A program made the translations under genes and the position numbers. Shown piece after piece: positions 35,931 to 47,348 of a stretch of DNA of 64,000 nt (the first letter of the stretch is position 1; each line of letters opens with the position of its first letter). Origin of the DNA: Mobula hypostoma (lineage: Eukaryota); NCBI RefSeq assembly GCF_963921235.1, contig NC_086097.1, positions 181,972,001 to 182,036,000 of the forward strand. Reading direction: 5' to 3'. Below the pieces are notes generated by a model, which saw only the letters and a program-made list of their open reading frames with translations, was not told where the DNA came from and ran no database searches.

Positions 35931-36617
35931 TGTAAGGGGGTTTCGTCTCTTATGTTATTGTGTAGGCTAATTAAAATGGCTTCTTTGTTATGTTATAATA
36001 GGGAATGCTTCTTTGTTATGTTAAATGCTGAGAAAGCTTTGCTCTAGCAGCTTGTTGTGGGTTAAGGGGTGATAAGAGGATGTTACGAACCAATTGGAAT
36101 AGTTGTTATGACTTTGGTGTATCTGGAAGATTTGTATGCGCGGGGTTTTGAGGTAGAAGGCGGGAGAGCGAGACAGAGGATGGACCAGGTGCTGTGATGT
36201 CCGCTAACGGGGTCGGACCCCGAGGAGGGTGTTCGGCGAGGAGACGGAGTCGTGTGGAGCGTCTGGTCGACCACCGTTGTTGGTCCCAGGCGGCTGGTCG
36301 AGGTGGTCCGAGGGGTCGCAGGGTGAAGAAGGTGGTTCTTGAGCTCCAACTGTGTTGTGCACGAAGAGATTGAACTTTGATAAGTGTGGTGCCTTTTATT
36401 TTCCTTCTATATTTTATTCTCTATTAATTATATAGTTCCAGTAATATCAATAAACTGTAAATCATTTAATCCTATCTGGTGTATTGTCTGTTATTTGGGC
36501 GGGGTGGGGTACCTCACACAGCATCCACACAAACTAATTACCCAGTTCGGCGGGGCTGAGGCTGTTTCCCTAGACAACAGCGAGCCGAGTGATCCTGAGG
36601 GTGGCCGAGAGGCTACA
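35931..36617 (+). mobile_element. Solo LTR (4-bp TSD, Gypsy-like)
   Basis: TGTA...TACA termini. ACTA duplicated at 35927-35930 and 36618-36621. Internal AATAAA near 36449. Confidence 0.88.
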
Positions 36618-36764
36618 ACTAAGCAACATTGTTTTAGAAGGTTTAAAAAAAGCAATCAACACTCAAAGTCAGCAGATCCTGAACTGTAAACTCCATTTGT
36701 GAGTGCAGATGCCCTTTAAGTAAATGGAAGCGGGGAAGGCACGCTGGTCTATGGGTCTGATTGA

Positions 36765-38065
36765 AACACAGAAGCTTTTGACCACCACTTCTAACTATTT
36801 TGCTGGTGAATGTACAGTCTCTGGAAAATAAAATTTAAGATCTCAGAGCAGGATTGCTGTACTAGGGATGGCTGACTATCCCTCACCATTTCAGATGCAG
36901 CGCTGCGGATTGATGGCCTCATAGACAGGATAGCTCAGTCTTTTAAAGGTGAGGTATGTTTTCTGATTAACTCCTCATCATGCATAGACGTGGCAGTTCT
37001 GTCTTAGTCCTGCTCTCCTGACCTGGAACATCAAGCAGTAAATTGTCATCCTTGGTAGAAAACTCCCTGCTGAGTTTGCTGTTTACATTTCACCTTGCGC
37101 CAATGTCAGACAGCCACTGGAGGAACTGAGCATCGTAATTAGCAGTCACAGAACAGTCCACCCTGATGTCTTCCATGTTATTGTAGGGGTTTCAACCAGG
37201 CCAGCTTGAAGAAGTCTGAGCAACTACCACCAACATATCACCTATGGACCCAAAGGACCCAACATTCTTGCCACTGTTATGTCACCATCAAGAATGCTTG
37301 CCATACCATCCCCTACCCATACTTCGGAAAGTTCAATCAGCTGGTTGTACTTCTACTCCCAGCATACAGACAGGGACTAAAGATCATGGCTCCAGTGGTG
37401 AGGACCAAGAAGGTATGGTCAAGGGAGGCAGAGGAGCGTATTTAGGACTACTTTGAATAAGTGAATTGGACAATATTCAGGGATTCATCTTTGAACCTGA
37501 ATGAATAAGCCGTGGATGAACCAAGAAATTCATAGCCTGCTGAGGGCTAGATCTTTGTTATTCAAGACTGTGATCCAGAACTATACTAGAAGTTCAGGTA
37601 CGACATATGGAAGACTATTTTAAGAGCAAGTAAACATTTCTGGTTGAGGTTAGAGACAGAATTGAATGCATGTCAGCTTCGGGAGGGTTTCCAGGGCATA
37701 GCTTCCTACAAAGCCAGTGGCGTAGTGGCATCTGCACCAGACTCTGAGGCGACTGGTCCTGCATTTCAATCTGGCCAGCTCCTTGCAAGCTTTCCATCCA
37801 TGCTGGGTTGAGCGTCAAGCAAGCAGCTCGGCCTTTCAAACAAACAAGTGCGAAAGAAACGACAAGGTTGCTGCCTGATGTGCCACAGGGCACTGAGAGG
37901 AACAACAACTTCCTACAAAGCGAACCTACCATCGTGAATGACCATGATGCTTCATTCCCAGATGAGCTCAACGTCTTTTATGCATGCTTTGAAAGGGAGA
38001 ATAAAACCACACCTGTGTGAATCCCTGCAACATCTGATGACCTTGTGATCTCTGTCTCCTTGTAA
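36765..38065 (+). mobile_element. Degenerate Rex1/Babar LINE, endonuclease half
   Basis: DASFPDELNVFYACFE and endonuclease-like remnants. Continues at ~39200-40600. Confidence 0.75.
37715..37908 (+). mobile_element. Short tRNA-derived SINE with (AAC)n tail
   Basis: A-box-like GTGGCGTAGTGG and B-box-like TTCAATC. 13-bp TSD CTTCCTACAAAGC at 37702-37714 and 37909-37921. Confidence 0.8.
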
Positions 38066-38071
38066 TGTTAC

Positions 38072-39198
38072 ACTTTATACTTTATTGTCACTAAACAATT
38101 GATACTAGAACATACAATCATCACAGCGATATTTGATTCTGCACTTCCCGCTCCCTGGATTACAAATATTAAATATTAAAAATAGTAAAAATTGGTAAAT
38201 ATTAAAAATTTAAATTGTAAATCATAAATAGAAAATAGAAAAATGGAAAGCAAGGTAGTGCAAAAAAAACCGAGAGGCAGGTCCGGATATTTGGAGGGTA
38301 CAGCCCGGATCCGGGTCAGGATCCGTTTAGTAGTCGTATCACAGTTGGAAAGAAGCTGTACCCAAATCTGGCCGTACGAGTCTTCAAGCTCCTGAGCCTT
38401 CTCCTGGAGGGAAGAGGGACGAAAGGTGTGTTGGCTGGGTGGGTCGTGTCCTTGATTATCCTGGCAGCACTGCTCTGACAGCGCACGGTGTAAAGTGAAT
38501 CCAAGGACGGAAGATTGGTTTGTGTGATGTGCTGCGCCGTGTTCATGATCTTCTGCAGCTACTTCCGGTCTTGGACAGGACAACTTCCATACCAGGTTGT
38601 GATGCACCATAGAAGAATGCTTTCTACAGTGCATCTATAAAAATTAGTGAGGGTTTTAGGGGACAGGCCAAATTTCTTTAGTTTTCTCAGGAAGTAAAGG
38701 CGCTGGTGGGCCTTCTTGGCAGTGAACTCTGCTTAGTTGGACCAAGTCAGGTCATTTGTGATATTGACCCCGAGGAACTTAAAGCTTTTGACCTGTTCCA
38801 CTTGCGCACCACCGATGTAAATTGGGTCGTGCGGTCCGCTATTCCTTCTGAAGTCAAAAACCAATTCCTTCGTCTTGCTGAAGTTGAGGGATAGGTTATT
38901 GTCTTCGCACCATGCCACCAGGTTCTTAATTTCCTCTCTGTACTCAAACTCATCATTACCCGAGATACGGCCTACAATTGTTGTGTCATCAGCAAACTTA
39001 AATATTGAATTTGATGGAAACTTGGCTACACAATCATGGGTGTACAGTGAGTACAGCAGGGGGCTGAGTACACAGCCTGGTGGGGCACTGGTGCTCAGAG
39101 TGATCGTAGAGGAGAGCTTGTCCCCTATTTTTACAGCCTGGGTCCTGTCTGTGAGGAAGTTGAAGATCCAGCTGCAGATCTGAGTGCTAAGGCCCAGG
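38072..39198 (-). mobile_element. Young 5'-truncated Rex1/Babar LINE
   Basis: WCEDNNLSLNFSKTKELVFDFRR and KSFKFLGVNIT motifs. Same 3' UTR recurs at ~58000-58233. Confidence 0.88.
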
Positions 39199-39199
39199 T

Positions 39200-40600
39200 T
39201 AGAATATCTTTCAGGAGTGTGAACCGTTGCAAAGTGTCAGGCCCTGATAGTGTACCTGAAGGGCTCTGAAAACCTGTGGATGTGTTCAAGGACATCTTGA
39301 ATCTCTCATTGCTGCAGTCAGATGTTCCCATCTGCTTCAAAAGGATGGCAACCGTACCAGTGCCTCAGAAGAGCAGGGTGAGCTACCTCACTATTGCGTA
39401 ATGGCATTCACATCTACTATGATGAAGTGCTTTAAGAGGTTGGTCATGGCCAGAATCAACTTCTGCCTATGCAAAGACCTGGACCCACTACAGTCAGCCT
39501 ATCACCACAATAGGACAACAGATGCAATGTCTGGCTGTCCACTCAGACTTGGATCACCTAGACAATAGTAAAACCTACGTCAGGCTTGATCACAGCTCAG
39601 TGTTCAACACAATCACACCCTCAGTTCTACTTAAAATGCTCCAAAATCTGGACCTTTGTACCTCTCTCTCCAACAGGACTTTGACTTCCTTACTGGGAGA
39701 CCACAGTCTGTACAGATCGAAAATAACGTCTCCTCCTCGCTGACAATCAACACTGGCACTCCTCAATGATGCGTGCTTAGCCCACTGCTCTACTCTACAC
39801 CCACGACTGTGTAACTAGGCACAACTCAAATGCCATCTATAAATTATGCCAACTATTGTTGGCATAATTCCAGATGATAATGAAGAGGTGTACAAGAGCA
39901 AGTAGATCAGTTGGCTGAGTGGTGTTGCAACAGCAACCTTATACTCAAAGTCAGTTAGGAATGATTGTGGACTTAGGGAAGGGGAAATTGTGAAAAGATG
40001 CACTAGTCCTCATTAAGGGATCAACAGAGGAAAGGGTGAACAGTTTCAAATTCCTGGGTATCAACATCTCTGAAGACTTATGCTGGGCCCAGTATATTGA
40101 TGCAATTACACAGTGGGCACAACAGTGGCTATATTTCATTAGGAGTTTGAGGAGACTTGGTGCGTCACCAAAGACACTCGCAAATTTCTACTGATGTACC
40201 ATGGAGAGCATTCTAACTGGTTGCATTACTGTGTGCTATGGAGGGGCCACTGCACAGGATCAGAAAAAGCTACGGAAAGTTGTAAACTCAGCCAGCTCCA
40301 TCTTGGGCACCTGTCTCCTGAGCATTGAAGCCACCCTCAAAAGACGATGCCTCAAAGAACATACATCAAAGTTGCTGGTGAACGCAGCAGGCCAAGCAGC
40401 ATCTATAGGAAGAGGTGCAGTCGACGTTTCAGGCCGAGACCCTTCGTCAGGACTAACTGAAGGAAGAGTGAGGTGGTTTCCATTATTAAGTACTCCATCA
40501 TCCAGGACATGCATTTTTCTCATTGATACCATCAAGGAGGAGGTAAAGGAGCCTGAGAACACACACTCAATGTATCAGGAACAGGTTTTCCCCCTCTGCC
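39200..40600 (+). mobile_element. Rex1/Babar LINE RT half with a PLE 3' fragment (~40358-40470, minus)
   Basis: SSVFNTITP and [14 protein letters not shown] motifs. Confidence 0.8.
40418..40455 (-). ncRNA. Minimal type I hammerhead ribozyme
   Basis: Minus strand reads TAGTC-CTGACGA-A-GGGTCTCGGCCT-GAAA-CG-TC-GACTG. Core intact. Confidence 0.82.
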
Positions 40601-40679
40601 ACCATAGTGGGAGGACATTTCCTTTGGCAAAGGCATGAAGGACTACAGATCACATTTCTAAAATGCAGGGAATGAAAAT

Positions 40680-41560
40680 TAGATAGATACTTTATTGATC
40701 CCAAAAGAAATTGCAGTGTCATAGTCGCATTACAAGTGCACAGGTATACAGATATTAGAAGAGAAGTAAGAAAGAATGTTTTAAAAAATTTCCTCAAAGA
40801 GTCTAACAGGAGGGGGGATCGTCACTTCCCTGGTTATAGGTTAACTCATTTATAGAGTCTAATGGCCGAGGGTAAGAGTGACTTCATAGAGCGCTCTTTG
40901 GAGCAGCACAGTTGTCAGAGTCTTTTACTAAAAGTGCTCCTCTGTTTAACTAAAGTGGCATGCAGAGGGTGAGAAACAATGTCCAGAATTGCCAGGATTT
41001 TCCATAGGGTCCTTTGTTCTACCACAGCCTCCAATGTGTCCAGTTTGACTCCTGTAACAGAGCCAGTCTTTCTAATCAGTTTATTGAGCCTGTTGTCATC
41101 ACTCATGTTGATGCCATAGCCCCAGCACACTACCGCATAGAAGATTGTACTGGCGACAACAGACTGGTAGAACATGTGAAGGAGAGAACTGCATATTCCA
41201 AAGGACCTCAGTCTCCTCAGGAAGTAGAGGTGACTCTGGCCCTCCTTGTACACAGCCTCTGTGTTGGTGCTCCACTCAAGTTTGTCATCCAGGTACAGCT
41301 CCAGGTACTTGTAGGTTCTCACCGCATCCACATAGTGACAGGGAGCAGTGCAGGCTTGGTCATCCTAAATTCTATCACTATCTTCTTTGTCTTACTCTTG
41401 TTGAGCTGCAGATGATTCACCCTTGCACCATTTGACAGAGTCCTCCACCAGGGCCCTGTAGTCATCCTCCGGTCCTCCCTTTATGCACCCAACTATTGCT
41501 GAGTCATCAGAGTCATCATTTCTCCAAATGACATGATTCAGTGTTGTATCTAAAGTCCAC
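40680..41560 (-). mobile_element. Rex1/Babar-group LINE 3' fragment (different subfamily)
   Basis: YKYLELYLDDKLEW...YFLRRLRSF...FYQSVVAS in ORF 40915-41331. Confidence 0.8.
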
Positions 41561-43149
41561 AAGGAAGAGCGACAGAAGGAAATTACTTCTCGCCAGCATA
41601 TGGTTGGAGTCTAGAATACAGTGTTGGAGTCTGGAATACAGTCCGCAGATGTGCTCGAAGAAGATTCTGTTGTGGCTTCAAGAGGGAACTGCCAATAATT
41701 TGTGGTGAGGTAAGGGAGTGGAACTGTTTTGATAGAGAGGCATCATGGAATGTCAGTCTGGTTCACTTCTAAACTTCATTACCTGGACAACTAGCATCTA
41801 CTCCTGCACCATTGGGAGAGTGGACATGACCAAGTGCCAGACTCTGAATGGATCTCAGTAAAAATTGAACACCACCTGTAGATGTGTGACTAATGTGTGG
41901 AGATGAACATTGCAGGTTATTTTAAAGGTGGCTTTCTTGTTTGGAAAATCACAGTGTTAGTACATGTCATCTTGGATTGCATTCTATGTTTGGTGTGAAG
42001 TTGGTCAACTGAATCAGATGTATGCCAGCAACTGATTGTCCTCAATCAGTGTGGCTGAGAACAGAGCTGTTTGCATATCAGTTTCACGCATATCACTTGT
42101 TAATATGTGCATACATATGAATGGTGAGGGCATGTCTTGTGTGTAAGAGACATAATGTAAGACATAAGAGCAGAATTAGGCCATTCAGCCCATCAAGCCT
42201 GCTCTGCCATTCTATCATACCATTCTACCATATCACCCATCTGAATCACATTCTCCTGCATTCTCCCCATAACCTTTAACGTCCTTACTAGTGAAGAATT
42301 TATCGACCTCCACTTTAAATATACCGAATAACTTAGCTTCCACAGCTGTTATTGAGTACTGCCATCAAATACTGTTCATACTTAACCCTTTCATTCCTGT
42401 TTACCTCCTCAAGTCCCTCTCCAATGCCAGCATAATCCCTTCTTTGAGAATGGGCCCAAAATTGCTCACAATACTCCACGTGTGGCCTGACCAATGCCTT
42501 ATAAATGCCTCAGCATTGCATCCTTGCTTTTATATTCTAGTCCTCTCAAAATGAATGGTAACAGTGCACTTGCTTTCCTCACAGTTGACTCAGCCTACAA
42601 GTTAACCTTCAGGGAATCCTGCATAAGGACTCCCAAGTCCCTTTGCACCTCTGATTACTGAATTTTATGTCTGTTTAAAAAATAACCTAAGTCTTTATTC
42701 CTTCTACCAAAGTGCATGACCATACACTTCCCGACATTATATTCCATCTGTCACATCTTAGTCTGTTTTCCCAATCTGTCCAAGCCCTTCTGCAGACTCC
42801 CTGCTTCCTCAACACTACAGGCCCCTCCACCTATCTTTCTATCATCTGCAAACTTGGCCATCAATTCCATCAGCCAGATCATTGACATATAACATGAAAG
42901 GAAGCAGTCCTAATACTGACACCAGTGGAACACCACTGGTAGTTTGCAAACAACCAGAAAAACCCCCTTTATTCCCACTCTTTGCCTCCTGCCAGTCAAT
43001 CAATCTTCTCTCCATGTTAGTATCTTTCCTGTAATACCAAGTGCTCTTATCTTGTTAAGCAGCCTCATGTTTAGCACCTTGTCAAAAGCCTCCTGAAAAT
43101 CCAAGTCAGCAACATCCACTGACTCTACGTTATCTATTTTACCAATTCA

Positions 43150-43400
43150 TTTATTTACTTTATTTTGCAATACAGCATGGTAACAGACCCTTCCAGCCCA
43201 ATGAACCCCAGCTGCCCAATGATATCCATGTGAACAATTAAGCTACTAACCCATACGTCTTTGGAATGTGGGAAGAAACTGAAGCACCTGGAGGAAATCC
43301 ATGTGGTCATGGGGGGAATGTACATACTCCTTGCAGACAGCGGCTGGAAATAAACATGGATTGTTGGCACTGTAGAGCAATGTACTGACCGTTACGTTAC
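43150..43400 (-). mobile_element. V-SINE
   Basis: Reverse complement of the V-domain (GTCTTTGGAATGTGGGAAGAAACTG...ACTCCTTGCAGACAGC). Confidence 0.75.
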
Positions 43401-43493
43401 CATGGACCCCCCCCCCCCCAAGCAGATTTGTCAGGCAAGATTTCCCATCTAGGAAATCATGCTGACTTCCGTCTATTTTATCATGTATGTTCA

Positions 43494-44588
43494 TCTGTAT
43501 ACTACTAGAACTCTCGTGCTCTGTTTGTCTGTTTGTGACCTCCAATTAGTGCAAATGGTGCATTACAGCGGCACTTCTTTTGGCTCAATCGAATTAAAAT
43601 GCGCTAACTTACAGAATGCAGGCAAAGTTCAGGGTTATATATTCGTATAAAATTGCTCATTCGCCAAAAATCAACAGGTTGGCTTTCACCCGAGAGCCGG
43701 TCGGCCATCATGGAAATTGGGACGCGACAGCCCGACGCATGCGCATGGCCAGCCTCAGCAGCGACACCTACTGAAGCAAAAGGGCAGGGCAGCTCTATTT
43801 CGAGGGGTCACATTCTGCTAATCACCATCAGCATGTGCAGGATTGGGACACTTCTAACTGCCACCCAATAATAAGAGGTAATTAAATCTTATTGTAATGA
43901 CGTACTCCGAGATACCTATAAAACCGTTCGCAGCAGTCAAAGAATGGTGGTGACTACATCACATCCATTTAGGAGAGTGCCAACTACACCATCAAGAATA
44001 ATCAGCATCCTTTGGTGTTAGTGCTTCGTATCTTCTATCCAGCATTAGGGTAAAAAAAAATGGTCAGCCTAATTATGCCGAGTGGAAAGGGAAGGGGGAC
44101 ATTATGGTCAAGAGACGACGCCAAACATTGTCGGGAAGTGGCAAGGAGAGAGAGAGAACAAGAATCAGATGAGGCCAGGGCCGCACGACTCCAGGATCAA
44201 AGAGTCAGGACAAAAAAAGATGAGAGAAGAAGAGACAGAGGAGGAGAGGCATGCACGTCTCCAGGATCAGAGACAAACAACAAACAGCAGAAGAGATGAA
44301 GAGACAAGGGATGAAAGGGCTGCACATCTCCAGAATGACAACGAGAGGCACAAGGGTGACAGATAAATCAGAAATAATGCCATCAAAAGTGTCCTTCATT
44401 AAATGAGGGGCAGCTATATTTGCTTTGCTTTGCGTCATTCTTCTTTAATAAACTGAGGTTTTCTACTTCAGTTTCCAAAGCAAAGCGATACCAATAACAT
44501 TCAGGAAAATTTAATATTCATTCTGGTCACATTGGACTGCACTACCCTTCTCTCAAAGGGTGCCCCAACGAGTCACCCCGTTGTCGAG
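43494..44588 (+). mobile_element. Non-autonomous Helitron, copy 1
   Basis: A|TC 5' end, (TCTGTTTG) microsatellite, 3' hairpin GGGTGCCCC..GTCACCC, CGAG|T end (decayed CTAG), no TSD, and ET.EER.ARL repeat mini-ORF. Confidence 0.85.
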
Positions 44589-44710
44589 TGTACCTTGAAG
44601 CTTCCATAATAATAGACTCCAACATTGTACCAAACCACTGTGGTCATGCTAACTAGCTTTACCTTTCTTCTGCCTTCCTCCCTTCAAGGGCAGAGTGACA
44701 TCTGCATTTA

Positions 44711-45639
44711 CAGTTCGCCTTTCTTATCCGTGAGTTCCACATGCGTGAATTCAACCAACTGCGAATCGAGAAAACCCGGAAGTGCTCTTCCAGCACTCGT
44801 TGTTCGAACATGTACGGACTTTTTTTTCTTGTCATGATTCCCTAAACAATGCAGTATAACAATTATTTTACATAGCATTTACATTGTATTAGGTATTATA
44901 AGTAATCTAGAGATGATTTAAAGTATACGGGAGGATGTGCGTAGGTTATGGTGGATCGGGATCAAAAAAAAACCCGGAAGTTCTCTAACTAAGTAAGTCG
45001 GAACAGGTACATCTGGTATTATTTAGTGTCAGTTAGTCAAACATTTGTCTTAGTATATAGTATATATTTTACCTTTCTATGCATATAAAACACTTAAGAA
45101 ACGTATGTTTCAGCACCGGGCTCAGGAACCGAAATTCCCGAGTTCGATCCAGTGACAGACTGCTCCTGAGCGCTCTCCATCCCCGCCGGGTTGATGTAGA
45201 GGATCAAAAACTCAAAACCCCAAACCCCAAAACCCAATAATTAAACCACTGCATTGCTTAGTAATAATTGTAGCTTTCATCGGGGCAGGGCTTTTCTCAT
45301 TTTATCCTTTAAAATTGTTCCAATCGTTGACCAACTGTAGCCTAACGCTTTTCCAATGACCGATGGTGTTTCACCTCTTTCCAATCGCTTTATTATTTCC
45401 ACTTTATTTTAAATTGCGATTGTGATTATTTTTGTGAACAGAAACTCTCGGATTCAGAGCTCCACCGCCGGGTCTTAATGTCCACCGCACTGAGACAGGT
45501 TAAATAAGGTCCGGGGTTCCGCTGGGTCCTAAGGTCCACCGTATTTAGATAGGTTGAATAAGGGACTTGAACATCCGCGTTTTTTGGTATCCGCAAGGGG
45601 TCCCGGAACCAATCCCTTGCGGATAAGGAGGGCGGACTG
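44711..45639. mobile_element. Tigger/pogo-type MITE (MER2-like), copy 2
   Basis: TA TSD (44709-44710, 45640-45641). TIRs CAGTTCGCCTTTCTTATCCG and CGGATAAGGAGGGCGGACTG. Confidence 0.92.
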
Positions 45640-45742
45640 TATCCAGTCCTCTGGAACGATTCCAGAGTCTCGCAATTCCTGAAACATCCCTACTAATTCT
45701 CCACAATCTCTTCAGCTACTTCTTTCAGAGTGTTATACATGA

Positions 45743-46836
45743 CTAGACTAGGGGGTGACCCGTTGGGGCACCCTTTGAGAGAAGGGAAGTGCAGTCTGAT
45801 ATGACCAAAATGAACATTAAATTTTCCTGAATGCTATTGGTGTCGCTTTGCTTTGGAAACTGAAGTAGAAAAGCTCAGTTTATTAAGGAAGGACGACGCA
45901 TAGCAAAGCAAATATAGCTCCTCCTTGTTTAATGAAGGACACTTTTGATGGCATCATTTTTGGTTTATCTACCACCCTCGTGCCTCTCCTTGTCATTCTG
46001 GATACGTGCAGCCCTTTCATCCCCTGTTTCTTCAGCTCTTCTGCTTTTGTTGTTTGTCTCTGATCCTGGAGACGTGCATGCCTCTCTCCTCTGCCTCTTC
46101 TTCTCTCATTTTTTTTGTCCTGACTCTTTGATCCTGGAGTTGTGCGACCCTGGCCTCATCCGATTCTTGTTCTCTCCCTCTCCTTGCCGCTTCCCGATGA
46201 CATTTGGCGTCATCTCTTGACCATAATGTCCCCCTTCCCTTTCCACGTGGCATGATTAGGCTGACCATTTTTTTTTACCCTAATGCTGGATAGAAGATAT
46301 GAAGCACTAACACCAAAGGATGCTGATTATTCTTGATGTGGTTGGCGCTCCCCTAAATAGATGTGATGTAGTCACCGCTGTCCTATGACTGCAGCAAACA
46401 GTTTTATGGGTGTCTGGAAGTACGTCATTACAATAAGATTTAATTATCTCTTATTGATGGGTGGCAGTTAGAAGTGTCCCAATCCTGCACATGCTGATGG
46501 TGATTAGCAGAATGTGACCCCTCGAAATAGAGCTGCCCTGCCCTTTTGCTCTGGTAGGTGTCGCTGCTGAGGCTGGCCATGCGCATGTGTCGGGCTGTCG
46601 CGTCCCGATTTCCATGATGGCCGATCGGGTCTTGGGTGAAAGCCAGCCTGTTGATTTTTGGCGAATATACGAATATATAACCCTGAACTTTGCCTGCATT
46701 CTGTAAGTTAGCGCATTTTAATTCGATTGAGCAAAAAAAGTGCCACTGTAATGCACCGTTTGCACTAGTTGGAGGTCACAAACAGACAAACAGACAAACA
46801 GACAGACAGAGCATGAGAGTTTCAGTAGTATATAGA
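45743..46836 (-). mobile_element. Non-autonomous Helitron, copy 2
   Basis: Minus strand: A|TCTATATAC ... GGGTGCCCCAACGGGTCACCC CCTAGTCTAG|T. Confidence 0.9.
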
Positions 46837-47348
46837 TAGAAACCCCAGAAACTCCAATGTCTTTAATTGTGTTAACTTCAATCCAGGGTATTTTTCCTAT
46901 TCATAGTCCTGGACTTCAGTTACAGTGGCTTGGTTCAAAGATCGTATTTAATGTCAGAGAAATGTATACAGAACATTTAACTGGAGTAAGGGGAAATATG
47001 AGGCAATCAAGCAGGATCTTCGAAGCATAGATTGGAAACAAATGTTCTCAGGGAAACGTACGGAAGAAATGTGACAAATGTTCAGGAGATATTTGTGTGG
47101 AGTTCTGCATAAGTACGTTCCAATGAGACAGGGAAAGGATGGTAGGGTAAAGGAACCATGATGTACAAAGGCTGTTGTAAGTCTAGTCAAAAAGAAAAGA
47201 AGAGCTTATGAACGGTTTAAAAAACTAGGTAATGATAGAGATCTAGAAGATTATAAGGCTAGCAGGAAGGACCTGAAGCTTGAAATGAGGAGAGCCAGAA
47301 GGCCTTGGCAGACAGGATTAAGGAAAACCCGAAGGCATTCTACAAATA

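Larger units (their letters stand above)
42145..45730 (-). mobile_element. Degenerate CR1 hosting a V-SINE, a Helitron and a MER2-like MITE
   Basis: CR1 segments at 42145-43140, 43420-43493, 44589-44710 and 45640-45730 are collinear with other CR1 copies. Confidence 0.8.

Noticed and set aside
5845..45730. Minus-strand bias of large CR1 copies as proof of a + strand host gene
   Set aside because: Several + strand CR1 copies exist, mainly after 46.9 kb, and the counts are too small.
43494..46836. Single foldback transposon with 1.1-kb TIRs
   Set aside because: Each arm has its own Helitron termini, there is no outer TSD, and the spacer continues the host CR1.
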